The position numbers were made by a program, and so were the translations under genes. The notes beneath the pieces are model-generated. The model saw nothing but the letters and a program-made list of their open reading frames with translations, made no database searches and had not been told where the DNA came from. A DNA stretch of 64,000 nt, from positions 28,677-92,676 of the forward strand of contig JBHHUC010000002.1 of the NCBI GenBank assembly GCA_046861395.1. Reading direction: 5' to 3'. Of the stretch, positions 25,936 to 36,250 are shown piece by piece (the first letter of the stretch is position 1; every line of letters starts with the position of its first letter). Origin of the DNA: Fidelibacterota bacterium. Lineage in GTDB: Bacteria > Fidelibacterota > Marinisomatia > Marinisomatales > JABMOV01.

Positions 25936-26815
25936 AATGAACCTCCGTATTCGAAAGAGTTAAGGTATGGCGCCGGTCCGCCCAGCACATGTAAGCAATC
26001 GATACGAAAAAGGAAGCCGGCAAGCGGTGCAGCGTACCGATTTTTACCCCGAGAATGGTCGTTTTCCCGCCAAAGCCCATGGGACCGATACCCATGGTAT
26101 TCAAATCATCAAACAGTTTGGCCTCCAGTTCGCGCAGCTCAGAATTGGGATTCTCATCCGATAATAACCGGAACAGTTGCTTTTTGGCCTGAATCATTCC
26201 CGAGGCCCGGTCACCGCCGATTCCGATACCCAGCACGCCGGGCGCACAACCCAGTCCCTGAGCTTTATGGACGGCATCCACAATACATTTATACACGCCC
26301 TGCAGATCACGTCCGGCTTTCAGCCGTGTATCGGGCAATTTATACTGGTCCGATACATTTTCACAGCCGCCTCCTTTCAGTGCCAGGCTGATTTTGAGAA
26401 ACGGTTCATCCCATTCATCAAAATGAATAAAGGGTGCCATGAGGCCTGTGTTATCGCCCGAATTTTCTCCGGTAACCGGGTCAACAGCGTTAGGCCGCAG
26501 ATAATTCATTTTCGTCGCCTGCCGAGTAGCGTCAATGATGGCATGTTCCACAAATCGCATTGACAGTCCTTCCGGGATATTCACAAAATAGATGTTCGTT
26601 CCCGTATCCTGGCAAATGGGCGTGCTGCCCTTCTCAGCTTCCAGGGCATTATCCAGCATAAAGCGCAATACCGATTTGGCCGGACTACCATCGTCCTCCC
26701 TGGCAATGCCCGCTTCCATCGCTGCCACAACGTCCCGGGGGAGTTGGGTGGATGTCATCCGGATCAATTCCAGAATGGCCTCGGTTAATTTACCTTGGTC
26801 AAATGCAGTGTTCAT
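25928..26815 (-). CDS. Class I (Fe-S) fumarate hydratase, alpha subunit
   Basis: 295 aa. PICQDTGT and the GGGCEN motif of Fe-S hydro-lyase alpha subunits. Confidence 0.85.
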   Translation of the reverse strand: MNTAFDQGKLTEAILELIRMTSTQLPRDVVAAMEAGIAREDDGSPAKSVLRFMLDNALEAEKGSTPICQDTGTNIYFVNIPEGLSMRFVEHAIIDATRQATKMNYLRPNAVDPVTGENSGDNTGLMAPFIHFDEWDEPFLKISLALKGGGCENVSDQYKLPDTRLKAGRDLQGVYKCIVDAVHKAQGLGCAPGVLGIGIGGDRASGMIQAKKQLFRLLSDENPNSELRELEAKLFDDLNTMGIGPMGFGGKTTILGVKIGTLHRLPASFFVSIAYMCWADRRHTLTLSNTEVHYD

Positions 26816-26830
26816 GCCCCCTCCTTTCCT

Positions 26831-27841
26831 TTAGTCCACGGTCCAGGTATCACCGGAATTCATTAATTCCTGTACCGTCATGGAACTCTTTTCCCTGGCA
26901 TGGGCAATCTGTTCCATGTGCATGTCTTCATAGACCGGAGCCTCAACAGCATACAGCACCCCAACAGGCGTGGGGAAATTGGGACGGTAGGTCAAATGAC
27001 TCAAAATGGACGCAATCACAAAATCCGTCTCATCGTGAACCAGGACATCATCCACCGACCATTTACCGTCATCCAGATTAATAATCCGTGGTGTGTTGCC
27101 ATCCAGATGAATCCCCTTCCTGTTGCCGGGTCCGAAAAGCAGAGGTTGTCCGTGTTCCACATAAAGCACGTGATCCTGTTTCGTCTGCTTATCCGTCAGC
27201 GGCGCAAAGGCCTTATCATTGAAAATGACACAATTCTGGTACACTTCCAGGAAGGAAGTCCCGTGGTGGGCATAACTGCGTTTAATCATGGCCTGCATGT
27301 GTTTGATGTCGCGGTCCAGGGTCCGGGCCACAAAACTGGAATCGGCACCCAGGACCAGCATGGCCGGATTAAAGGGCCGGTCGATGGATCCCATCGGCGT
27401 GGATTTGGTCACCTTGCCCAGTTCCGAGGTAGGCGAATATTGCCCTTTGGTCAAACCATAGATGCGGTTATTGAACAGGATGACATTCAAGTCCAGATTA
27501 CGCCGCATGAGATGAATGGTATGGTTGCCGCCAATGGATAGACCGTCTCCGTCGCCCGTGACGACCCAGACGGACAGATCGGGATTTGCCAGTTTAACAC
27601 CACTGGCAATGGCCGCCGCCCGTCCATGAATAGTATGGAAACCATAGGTATTCATATAATAGGGGAAACGACTGGAACAACCGATTCCGGAAATGAAAAC
27701 GAATTTCTCCTTTTCCAAACCCAGGTCGGGAAAAACCTTCTGCGTTTGGGCCAGGATGGCATAATCTCCGCAACCGGGGCACCATTTAACCGCTTGATCA
27801 GAAGCGAAATCAGCCCGGCTCAGACTCTGTGTTGTACTCAT
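26831..27841 (-). CDS. korB: 2-oxoglutarate/2-oxoacid:ferredoxin oxidoreductase, beta (TPP) subunit
   Basis: 336 aa. WCPGCGDYAIL and the TPP-binding GDGD...GGNH motif. Confidence 0.9.
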   Translation of the reverse strand: MSTTQSLSRADFASDQAVKWCPGCGDYAILAQTQKVFPDLGLEKEKFVFISGIGCSSRFPYYMNTYGFHTIHGRAAAIASGVKLANPDLSVWVVTGDGDGLSIGGNHTIHLMRRNLDLNVILFNNRIYGLTKGQYSPTSELGKVTKSTPMGSIDRPFNPAMLVLGADSSFVARTLDRDIKHMQAMIKRSYAHHGTSFLEVYQNCVIFNDKAFAPLTDKQTKQDHVLYVEHGQPLLFGPGNRKGIHLDGNTPRIINLDDGKWSVDDVLVHDETDFVIASILSHLTYRPNFPTPVGVLYAVEAPVYEDMHMEQIAHAREKSSMTVQELMNSGDTWTVD

Positions 27842-27843
27842 GA

Positions 27844-29703
27844 TTAATTTCCTAACAATGCATTTATTTTGGCCATGATATCACTGGCCCGGATTGGACG
27901 TCCCCGAACGATATTCAATCCGATGGCATCCACCAGATATTCCGCCCGGATGATGGTCCGTAATTGTCCTGTATTGATCTCGGGAATCAGAATGGTCTCG
28001 AAGCGGGATAGAATATCTCCCAGATCGGCCGGCAGGGGGTTGACCCAGCGCAAATGGACATGGCTCACAACCATGCCTTCCCGTTTCAGCCGTTCCGTGG
28101 CGGACCGGGCCGAACCATAGGTACTCCCCCAGGTCACGATGAGCAGTTTCCCCTTATCAGGACCATAAATCGGTGTCGGATCGAATTCACGGGTAATGCC
28201 CGCGACTTTCTGGGCCCGTTTGGTCACCATTTCATGGTGGTTGTCCGGTTCATAATTCACATCGCCGGTGGGATCGGATTTTTCCAGTCCGCCAATGCGA
28301 TGTTCCAGTCCCGGCGTTCCGGGGATGGCCCAATTCCGTGCCAGTGTTACCGGATCGCGGCGGTAAGGCATGAATTTACTGTCGCCTTCCTGTTTCTCCG
28401 TTTCGAACTGCAACGGAATATCGGGCAGGTCCTTGAGTGTGGGAATGGCCCAGGGTTCAGATCCGTTGCCCAGATAGCCATCGGTAAGCAAAATGACCGG
28501 TGTCATGTATTTTACGGCAATCCGGGCCGCCTCATAGGCCGCATAGAAACAATCGCCGGGCGTGGAGGCCGCAATAACCGGAATCGGCGCTTCGCCGTTA
28601 CGACCGTAAACAGCCTGGAATAAATCGGCCTGTTCCGTTTTCGTAGGCAAACCGGTGCTGGGTCCTCCCCGTTGTACGTTAACAATCACAATGGGCAGTT
28701 CCGCCATGACGGCCAGACCCAGTGCTTCCGTTTTCAGGGCGACACCCGGACCCGATGTAGCCGTACAGGCCAGATTGCCGGCAAAGGAGGCCCCGATAGC
28801 GGCCGCAACGCCCGCAATTTCATCCTCAGCCTGGAAGGTACGAATATTCAAATGTTTCCAGGCCGCCAGAGTATGGAGAACATCGGAAGCCGGTGTAATG
28901 GGATAGCCACCGTAGAACAAAGGACGTCCGGCTCTTTCGGCCGCCGCCGCCAGTCCCAGCGCCGTGGCATAATTCCCATTCATATTCCGGTAGGTTCCCG
29001 GGGGCAGTGATGCTTTTGCCACCTGGTAACGGGTAGTGAAAACTTCCGTGGTGCTGCCGTAGTTCCGTCCTGTTTCCAGGGCCCGGATATTGGCTTCGGC
29101 AATCAACGGTTTCTTGGCAAACTTCTTTTTCAGCCACGTCTTGGTATTCTCCAGGGGACGATTGTACATCCATAGGAGAAAACCCAGCGCCAACATATTT
29201 TTCGTCCGCTCCACATCCTTGGCATTGAGATCAATATCCTCACAGGCCAGTCGCACCAGTTTACTCATTTCAATGGAATAAAGGGTATAATTCTGGTTGA
29301 GGGACGGATCTTCCAGAGGATTAGTATCATACCCGGCCAGAGCCAGATTCTTGGGTACAAAGGCATTGGCGTTTACAATGATGATTCCCCCGGGAATTAC
29401 TTCCGGCAAATGCGCCTTCAAGGCGGCCGGATTCATGGCAACCAGTACATCCGGCTGATCACCGGGTGTGTGGATATCCCGTGAACTGAACCGGATCTGA
29501 AAGGCACTGACACCTGCCAGAGAGCCGGCGGGAGCGCGGATTTCCGCCGGATAATCCGGTAAGGTGCTCAAATCATTCCCAACAATCGCCGTATTGGCTG
29601 TAAAACGACTGCCGGTCAATTGCATTCCGTCACCCGAGTCACCGGCGAAACGAATTACAACTTCTTCAACGTGTTTGATTTCTACTGAATGTTCTGTCAT
29701 CAT
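27844..29703 (-). CDS. korA: 2-oxoglutarate/2-oxoacid:ferredoxin oxidoreductase, alpha subunit
   Basis: 619 aa with a fused gamma+alpha arrangement (GDSGDGMQLTG...; GYPITPASD). The stop lies 2 nt upstream of the korB start. Confidence 0.9.
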   Translation of the reverse strand: MMTEHSVEIKHVEEVVIRFAGDSGDGMQLTGSRFTANTAIVGNDLSTLPDYPAEIRAPAGSLAGVSAFQIRFSSRDIHTPGDQPDVLVAMNPAALKAHLPEVIPGGIIIVNANAFVPKNLALAGYDTNPLEDPSLNQNYTLYSIEMSKLVRLACEDIDLNAKDVERTKNMLALGFLLWMYNRPLENTKTWLKKKFAKKPLIAEANIRALETGRNYGSTTEVFTTRYQVAKASLPPGTYRNMNGNYATALGLAAAAERAGRPLFYGGYPITPASDVLHTLAAWKHLNIRTFQAEDEIAGVAAAIGASFAGNLACTATSGPGVALKTEALGLAVMAELPIVIVNVQRGGPSTGLPTKTEQADLFQAVYGRNGEAPIPVIAASTPGDCFYAAYEAARIAVKYMTPVILLTDGYLGNGSEPWAIPTLKDLPDIPLQFETEKQEGDSKFMPYRRDPVTLARNWAIPGTPGLEHRIGGLEKSDPTGDVNYEPDNHHEMVTKRAQKVAGITREFDPTPIYGPDKGKLLIVTWGSTYGSARSATERLKREGMVVSHVHLRWVNPLPADLGDILSRFETILIPEINTGQLRTIIRAEYLVDAIGLNIVRGRPIRASDIMAKINALLGN

Positions 29704-29850
29704 AGTCCTTTTTGTATAACATAATGGCGATACCCATGCTTACTGTAGCCGGGTCAATCTTTAGGGTGGCCGGAATTATGTAATTCATCCTGATAAATTG
29801 ACAAGAAATTTAGACAGTCGGTATTTTATTATGCAATCGACCATTCCGGT

Positions 29851-30567
29851 TTATGTCGGATAAATCACATCCGGGGGCAACCAGCGCCGGCTCAAATAAA
29901 TGAACGGTGTATCAATGGCGGCGACGAGAATTTTCAACAGGTAGGTTGTGAGTGCGATTTGCCAGATTACGGAAACTGGCAGAGCCGCGGCCGGCCCCAA
30001 AAACAAGCGGGGAAACAGGTAAAATCCCAACACACAGAAAATGACCGTATCCAAAAACTGGCTGACCCAAGTGCTAAGATTGTTCCGTAACCAGAGATAT
30101 TTCCCGTCGAATTTCCGTTTCCAACGTTCGAAGGCCCAGACATCATGGATCTGGGAAATGAGATAAGCACTTAAACTGGCAAAAATGATACTGGGAGCAA
30201 AACTGAAGATCGTCGCCATCCCTTCCGCCGGACCCCAGTCATTGCTGCTGGCTTCATAATAGACCATGAATTGACTCATGATCAAATAGACCAGAACGGC
30301 GGCAAAACCGATATAGACCCCCTTTCGGGCGGCGGCTTTCCCGTAATATTCTGACAATAAATCCGTGCTCAGAAAGATAGCGCCGTAAAGAACATTCCCA
30401 CCGGTGGCTTCCAGCCCGAAAAGAACAATTGTTTTGGTTACAAAAATATTGGCCAGAGCATAGTACAGAGCGATCAGGGCATAGAGCCAGGTTTTTCCCG
30501 CGCGAAAAGCAATCAAGACAATAATCAGACTGATTATAGTCTGACTGATAAATAGGATTTCATTCAT
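29851..30567 (-). CDS. yhhQ: Queuosine-precursor transporter (YhhQ / DUF165, VUT family)
   Basis: 238 aa and polytopic. GGNVLYGAIFLSTDLLSEYYG and WVSQFLDTVIF are typical of YhhQ. Confidence 0.8.
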   Translation of the reverse strand: MNEILFISQTIISLIIVLIAFRAGKTWLYALIALYYALANIFVTKTIVLFGLEATGGNVLYGAIFLSTDLLSEYYGKAAARKGVYIGFAAVLVYLIMSQFMVYYEASSNDWGPAEGMATIFSFAPSIIFASLSAYLISQIHDVWAFERWKRKFDGKYLWLRNNLSTWVSQFLDTVIFCVLGFYLFPRLFLGPAAALPVSVIWQIALTTYLLKILVAAIDTPFIYLSRRWLPPDVIYPT

Positions 30568-31012
30568 GCTGGTCCTCCCGGATTTGAATTAACTCAATAC
30601 CCGCTTCCCGGGCATGTTGATAAATCCGTTCATCGCGGTACAATTCACTATAATAGATTTTTCGAATCCCGGCATTGGCAATGAGTTTAAAACAGCTATA
30701 GCAGGGACTGGCCGTAACATAAATTTCGGAATCACCGATGCGAATCCCGTGGCGGGCGGCATGTGCAATGGCATTGGCTTCGGCATGGACGGTCCGAACA
30801 CAATGTCCGTGATCCATTTCATGACCGATATCATCACAATGGCCTTGGCCCCGGATACTGCCGTTGTATCCGGTGGAAAGGATGGTCTTTCCTCGAACAA
30901 TGACGGAACCGACATGTTTACGGTCGCAAGTGGAACGGGTAGCCACTTCCTGAGCAATATTCATGAAATACCGCTCCCAGCTTACGCGCTTTTTACCCTG
31001 TGCCATGGTCAC
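30560..31012 (-). CDS. dCMP deaminase (ComEB-type cytidine/deoxycytidylate deaminase)
   Basis: 150 aa with the zinc motifs HAEANAI and PCYSCFKLI. Confidence 0.85.
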   Translation of the reverse strand: MTMAQGKKRVSWERYFMNIAQEVATRSTCDRKHVGSVIVRGKTILSTGYNGSIRGQGHCDDIGHEMDHGHCVRTVHAEANAIAHAARHGIRIGDSEIYVTASPCYSCFKLIANAGIRKIYYSELYRDERIYQHAREAGIELIQIREDQHE

Positions 31013-32034
31013 TCAAACAATGAACTGACATCCATGATGAATAACTGCAAGGCCCGTTCTCCGGGTTTGGCCAATCGGGAGGAAGAAAACATGACCGATT
31101 TCCCGTCGGGAGATACGGCGGGGAAACCGTCAAATGCCTCGTTATAGGTGAGACGGGTCTGTTCCCCCGTTTCCAGATTCATCAGAAATAATTCAAAATT
31201 GTGCGGTGGTAATACTTTGACAAAAACAAAATGCTTGCCATCGGGATGGGGATAGGGCGCCCAGTTCGTACCGTCATCAAAAGTGATACGTTTCAGATCC
31301 GTACCATCATGTTTAATGGTAAAGATGGACATAGGAATTCCACGCTGATCATCGTATTTCTTTTCCCAGGCCCGGTAGAGAATGGTTTCATTGTCCGGCA
31401 TGTAGAATGCCCCCCCCTCCTGCCAGTCCGGCGTGTGAGTGATCTGTTGTTCATCACTGCCGTCGGGACGCATGCGCCAGAGATCGACTTCACCATTGAT
31501 TTGACGGGAAAACAATATCCATTTGCCATTGGGCGACATGGAGACTTCGGCATCATAATACTGGTTGTGGGTCAGGCGAATTTCATTACTGCCGTCATAA
31601 TCGGCAATATACAACTCGGCCCCGCGGGGATAGTCGGAGGGAACGGACCATTGTCCCTTGGGCAGGTCAAGATTATCTTTCGTGGAAGTATAAATCACCC
31701 GTTTCCCGTCCGACGTGAAAAAGGAACAGGCATCCTCTCCCCTGTCATTGGTCCGGATGATTTCCGTACCGTCCAGGGTAGCCACATAAGTGTGATGCAC
31801 CGAATCATCGGAGGCCACGCGGGCATTACAGATCAACCGCTGACCGTCGGGTGAATAATAGGCTTCGGCCGCCATGGGCAGCCCCGGCACCAGCGTGACG
31901 AGAAAAGGTTCTTCCATGGCTGGCTGGGTTGCCGTGGCACCACTGTGCCCCTCTGGTTTATTCTCCCCCATGAAATGACAGGAAATAAGTAGCATGAATG
32001 AGACATAAGTAATGACTTTTGCGATTGACTTCAT
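31009..32034 (-). CDS. Secreted PD40/TolB-like beta-propeller protein
   Basis: 341 aa with a signal/lipoprotein-like start. PD40 repeat signatures recur (YSPDGQRLI, FTSDGKRVIY, MSPNGKWILFS, PHPDGKHFVF, VSPDGKSVMFSS). Confidence 0.7.
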   Translation of the reverse strand: MKSIAKVITYVSFMLLISCHFMGENKPEGHSGATATQPAMEEPFLVTLVPGLPMAAEAYYSPDGQRLICNARVASDDSVHHTYVATLDGTEIIRTNDRGEDACSFFTSDGKRVIYTSTKDNLDLPKGQWSVPSDYPRGAELYIADYDGSNEIRLTHNQYYDAEVSMSPNGKWILFSRQINGEVDLWRMRPDGSDEQQITHTPDWQEGGAFYMPDNETILYRAWEKKYDDQRGIPMSIFTIKHDGTDLKRITFDDGTNWAPYPHPDGKHFVFVKVLPPHNFELFLMNLETGEQTRLTYNEAFDGFPAVSPDGKSVMFSSSRLAKPGERALQLFIMDVSSLFE

Positions 32035-32111
32035 AGGACTTCCTGAAAATAATTTGTTCGTGTAATGAAGCGTAAAATTTACGGTAGATTTCCCCCTACA
32101 ACGACAGGAAT

Positions 32112-33137
32112 CTATCTGAAATTCAGCATGAGCGCCAATTGACTCGTGGTACCAAACGGTCCCATGGGATGAACCGAATATTGCACATCCACATCTCCGA
32201 AGGCTGGCAGGGACACCGCCAAACCGGCGCCCAGAGTCATGGAATCTATATCATAATTCAATCGATAGCCAGCCCGCAGGTAAAATCGGTTCCAGATGCC
32301 GTATTCCACACCCAGATTCACGTGTTCCCGGCTGTCATTGGGGTGCTCCGCATCAACCGCGATACGAATCCGCTGCGTTTCCGAAGCCAGCACCGCATCC
32401 CCCGGCCCTATCAGATCCAGCGCCAGACCGATTCGGATCATCAGCGGCAGGGGCCATGATTCGGTCCGTAAATCCACGTCGCTTTCCACATTTCCGGCGA
32501 ACTGATTATCTATATCGGACTTGGCAATCAAGTCGACTCCTTCATACCGCAATTCACCACCGAAATTGCTAAGGGCCATGCCAATCACCAGGCCGGAGAA
32601 GCCTGTTTTTAAACGGGAACCAATATCGAGGGCGAAGGTGGACGCTTTTTCATTATAGGCAGCCGATTGGATATATTTCACCGATATGCCATAACTTAAA
32701 CGATCACTCATGCGCCGGGCCAGGGAACCCGTTACAGCAATGTCCATAACCGAATAGGTCAACCCTGTTCCGTCCGGATTGGCTACCGTCGTCACATCCT
32801 GCTCATTCATGGTCAGGGCCGAAATGGCAAGGCCGCCATACACCGACCGCGACAAGGGCATCTGGAGGGCAACAAAATCATGGGCTACATCCAAAAACCA
32901 TTGCTGGTGATTAAACATGGTCCGGACACCAGTGCCCTGCGTCAATCCCGCCGGATTCCAGTAAACGGCGGTGGGATCGTCGGCTATGCCCACGAAGGCC
33001 CCGCCCATGCCGTCGGCTCGTGCCCCGACGCTCAATTTTAGAAACTGGGCTGCCGTGGTCCCCACCTTGTCGAAGGATCCACCCCAGGCCATCTGAGCCG
33101 GTAACAGCAGGACAATGATAATCGTTTTCCACATCAT
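32112..33137 (-). CDS. PorV/PorQ-family outer-membrane beta-barrel (T9SS-associated)
   Basis: 341 aa. N-terminal motif GTTAAQFLKLSVGARADGMGGAFVGIADDPTAVYWNPAGL. The C-terminus shows an alternating beta-barrel pattern and ends in F-R. There is an ATGA overlap with the upstream gene. Confidence 0.7.
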   Translation of the reverse strand: MMWKTIIIVLLLPAQMAWGGSFDKVGTTAAQFLKLSVGARADGMGGAFVGIADDPTAVYWNPAGLTQGTGVRTMFNHQQWFLDVAHDFVALQMPLSRSVYGGLAISALTMNEQDVTTVANPDGTGLTYSVMDIAVTGSLARRMSDRLSYGISVKYIQSAAYNEKASTFALDIGSRLKTGFSGLVIGMALSNFGGELRYEGVDLIAKSDIDNQFAGNVESDVDLRTESWPLPLMIRIGLALDLIGPGDAVLASETQRIRIAVDAEHPNDSREHVNLGVEYGIWNRFYLRAGYRLNYDIDSMTLGAGLAVSLPAFGDVDVQYSVHPMGPFGTTSQLALMLNFR

Positions 33138-36100
33138 TTGATCACCAGGAACCGGCCGGTCGTTTCTTCTTTATCCGGGGTTTGAATATGATAGAAATAA
33201 ACCCCGGGGGCAATAAATTGATCATTCTTGGTGCGCATATCCCAAAAGGCGTAACCCCGTGTATCGTCATGATCAATGGTGGCTATATGATCACCGGCCA
33301 GGGAATAAATCTTGATTGTACACTGATCCGGCAAATGATTGAATTGCAGTTTTTTCCCAAATTCGGTCTGTTCCCAGATATTGGTAACAATATAAGGATC
33401 GGGGACTACCCGCACATCGGCCAGGGATCCTTTCCGGTCGGATGAAATCATTCGTGCGGTAGTGCCAAAACGGTAGGAAATATCTTTCCGAAACGGTTTA
33501 TAGGTAATGATGGTGAATTCATCCCCCTCCGACGGAGCATGGGCATCGATGATTTCCATTTCGCCCAGAACATTGTAAGACGTATCCGGTTTATTATTGG
33601 TAAACAGGTATAGATAATTGGGAATGGTGTCTCCCGTTTCCGAATCGAATTCCACATGATCCAAAATGAAGAAATCCACATGCTTTTCATACCAGCCAGG
33701 ACTGCCGGGAAGGTACCCCAACCCACCGGGAACCAGATCCCAGCCCAGCGGACTGTAAAAATCCTTGCGGTAATCTTCCCAGGGCGCAGCGATGGCAAAT
33801 TCACCTAACCAGGCCTCCTGCGTTACATTGATGGGATTGTCCGGATCGGTGATAATTTCGATTTTCAGGGGAACAAATTGTTTCTGAGGCTGTGTAATGC
33901 CGGAAAAGGCATCAAACCAGTGAACGGAATCCCCGCCACTGTAGGTGGCCGTAATGCGCCAGTCATCAATGGTACTGATATCTTCCTGAATCAGTTGCGG
34001 TCCCATGCTGGGATCAATACTTTGCGTGCGCCAGTCAAAGGTACACATATCACCGCTCACCTTTGTCCAGCCCAAGGATTTCACGCCGTGAGGAGCATCC
34101 TGAACCGTGAGGCGGAAACCATCCACAACGGGCAGATTGTCCCCCGAATTATCCGATAGAGCGTGGAAGACAAATAAGGTATCCATTTCGGTAGTGTCCA
34201 CCAGCGTGAAACCGGTCTCATCCAGGGTATCTCCTTCCGATATGATCTGATTGGTGAACGTAATTTCATACCCATGTCCGGTAATCTCAGCCGGATCGAC
34301 AACTTCGACTTTTACGATGCCCTCGCATTGTCCCCCAATGGGACTAAGGGCACCGGACGGAATATCCGCTTCCCGGATGATATTGGATACGGCAACACCG
34401 GGCGTCACGGCCACCACATGGGGCTCCAGCGGGGCAGAACCGATGGGATACATGTAAGACTGCTCCAGGCTGTCTGGTTTTTGATTCCCCTTGTCGTAGG
34501 GTGTAACACAATACCAGTACTCGACACCGTTGATGAGATTGGAATCCACAAAGGTATGGGACAATCCGCTATTAATTCCAAGGTATTGTGGAAAAGCCGG
34601 GTCAAGTCCGGAAATGTCCTGGCCGAAGCGGATCATATCTTCTTCATAGGATAAATCAAAGGTTGCCAGTGGCTCGAATCCTACCGGAACACCGTGGGCA
34701 TCGGTAATGATCTTCCCCCAACTAGTCCCAAAATCGGTACTGCGAAATATTTTATATCCTTCGAAGTCCCGTAACCCGGTCAGGACATCGTGGGATATTT
34801 CTGCCGGTTCACTGGACCAATGCAAGGTTACACGACCATCACCGGGTACAGCTGATACCAGGGGCGGGTCGGGCGGACCGGAACCAAGAAAATAATTTCG
34901 GTACATCAGATTTGCCATCCGTACATTGGCCATTAAATCGGTCGTATCGGGCTGATCGGGAATCGTTCCTCCGTCCCCCATGATCAGTGCCAGAGAAAAT
35001 GTAACCACCGAATCCTGGGGCAGATCGAAGGGACCGCAGGATACGATAAAGTTGATGGCATCCCCAGGCAATTCCACACCGCTTTCATCATCCAGCCAGG
35101 TGGGATAATAAGTGCTCAGAAAATCGTCACTCACATCATCAAACCGGGGATTGGTGCCATGGAAATAATAATCGGGATTGGGAAGGTCACTGCTTGTCGG
35201 ATCACTGGTCATGATGGCCCAGTACTGTTCATCATTGATGGGGGAAACGCCACGGCTGAAATGATGGAAATCGGTAACGCCCAGATTGCCCGGCGTATCA
35301 TAGATGCGAACCGCTGGAATACCCAGAGGATCGCTGGTTTCGCCCCAGGTTTTATTGGGCGTATTATTCAAATCATAGATATAGATCAGATCCTGGCGAC
35401 CATCACCGTCCGAATCGACCGTCTTGATATAATCATGGTTATCATAATCCGGTCTCAGCTTGGCATATAAGCCCACATAAATGCCATCCAGATCTTCCGG
35501 TCCGGCATTATGAATCTTCATTTCGAAGAAAATGAAATCTTCGGCGTAGGGCCGACCGTAGCTGTAGGCCGTTTGTGCCACTTCCAACCCCACGCTGCCG
35601 CGGGGATTATAATTATCATTATAGGTGCAATACACGTCCCGGTCGGACGTGAATTCATCGACCCGTTCGGGCAATAAACGGGAATCCGGATGCTGCGCCA
35701 GGACCGAATCATCCACTGCATTGATATCCACCCGGAAAAAGCCCGGCCAGATACGCTCCTCTGTGTCCACCCAGATCCCATTCTCGTCGAAGTATCCAAA
35801 AGGCCATGTTTCGTAGAAATCACTGGAAGCCTGAAACGGTGTTTCATCGGAGGCTGAGGTAATATCTCCGGAATATTCCCGGCCGGCGATATTATCCGGT
35901 GGCAGCCAATCAATGACCCGCGTCTGGGCCTGGCTTACCGTTTCAATGACATTATTTTCTGCCACACCAACCAGTAGGCCCAGACCAAAGGCATATTGGC
36001 GATCCTCCCGGGCGGAACGGGGCCAGTGTCCGGCATTCTGGAACCAGAGATGGAAATTGGCCAGGTCACCCAGATTGCCGGTGAAATTTTGTAATTGTCC

Positions 36101-36250
36101 TTTATCCAGGACACCGACCGCTTTTTCATTAAAACCGGTGCTTTTGAACGACGGCATGGGTTGGGAATGACAACGAGAGCAGTCATCCCCGGCCCAGATC
36201 AGGGACAGCAGCGATCCGGTCAGGATCAGACGAATGATTCCCCTTACCAT
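33134..36250 (-). CDS. Large (1038 aa) secreted protein with an FN3-like domain and a T9SS/FlgD-Ig-like C-terminal domain
   Basis: Signal peptide. CSRCH at aa 24-28. FN3-like segment PPDPPLVSAVPGDGRVTLHWS...EGYKIFRS. C-terminus VVPDPYIV...CTIKIYSLAGDHIATI...GVYFYHIQTPDKEETTGRFLVIK. No catalytic family recognised. Confidence 0.7.
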   Translation of the reverse strand: MVRGIIRLILTGSLLSLIWAGDDCSRCHSQPMPSFKSTGFNEKAVGVLDKGQLQNFTGNLGDLANFHLWFQNAGHWPRSAREDRQYAFGLGLLVGVAENNVIETVSQAQTRVIDWLPPDNIAGREYSGDITSASDETPFQASSDFYETWPFGYFDENGIWVDTEERIWPGFFRVDINAVDDSVLAQHPDSRLLPERVDEFTSDRDVYCTYNDNYNPRGSVGLEVAQTAYSYGRPYAEDFIFFEMKIHNAGPEDLDGIYVGLYAKLRPDYDNHDYIKTVDSDGDGRQDLIYIYDLNNTPNKTWGETSDPLGIPAVRIYDTPGNLGVTDFHHFSRGVSPINDEQYWAIMTSDPTSSDLPNPDYYFHGTNPRFDDVSDDFLSTYYPTWLDDESGVELPGDAINFIVSCGPFDLPQDSVVTFSLALIMGDGGTIPDQPDTTDLMANVRMANLMYRNYFLGSGPPDPPLVSAVPGDGRVTLHWSSEPAEISHDVLTGLRDFEGYKIFRSTDFGTSWGKIITDAHGVPVGFEPLATFDLSYEEDMIRFGQDISGLDPAFPQYLGINSGLSHTFVDSNLINGVEYWYCVTPYDKGNQKPDSLEQSYMYPIGSAPLEPHVVAVTPGVAVSNIIREADIPSGALSPIGGQCEGIVKVEVVDPAEITGHGYEITFTNQIISEGDTLDETGFTLVDTTEMDTLFVFHALSDNSGDNLPVVDGFRLTVQDAPHGVKSLGWTKVSGDMCTFDWRTQSIDPSMGPQLIQEDISTIDDWRITATYSGGDSVHWFDAFSGITQPQKQFVPLKIEIITDPDNPINVTQEAWLGEFAIAAPWEDYRKDFYSPLGWDLVPGGLGYLPGSPGWYEKHVDFFILDHVEFDSETGDTIPNYLYLFTNNKPDTSYNVLGEMEIIDAHAPSEGDEFTIITYKPFRKDISYRFGTTARMISSDRKGSLADVRVVPDPYIVTNIWEQTEFGKKLQFNHLPDQCTIKIYSLAGDHIATIDHDDTRGYAFWDMRTKNDQFIAPGVYFYHIQTPDKEETTGRFLVIK

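Noticed and set aside
25519-26391. 290-aa plus-strand ORF across the fumarate hydratase genes
   Set aside because: It lies antisense to two ORFs with clear Fe-S hydro-lyase motifs. Its product is Arg/Pro/Gly/His-rich low complexity with no recognisable motif, which is typical of a shadow ORF.
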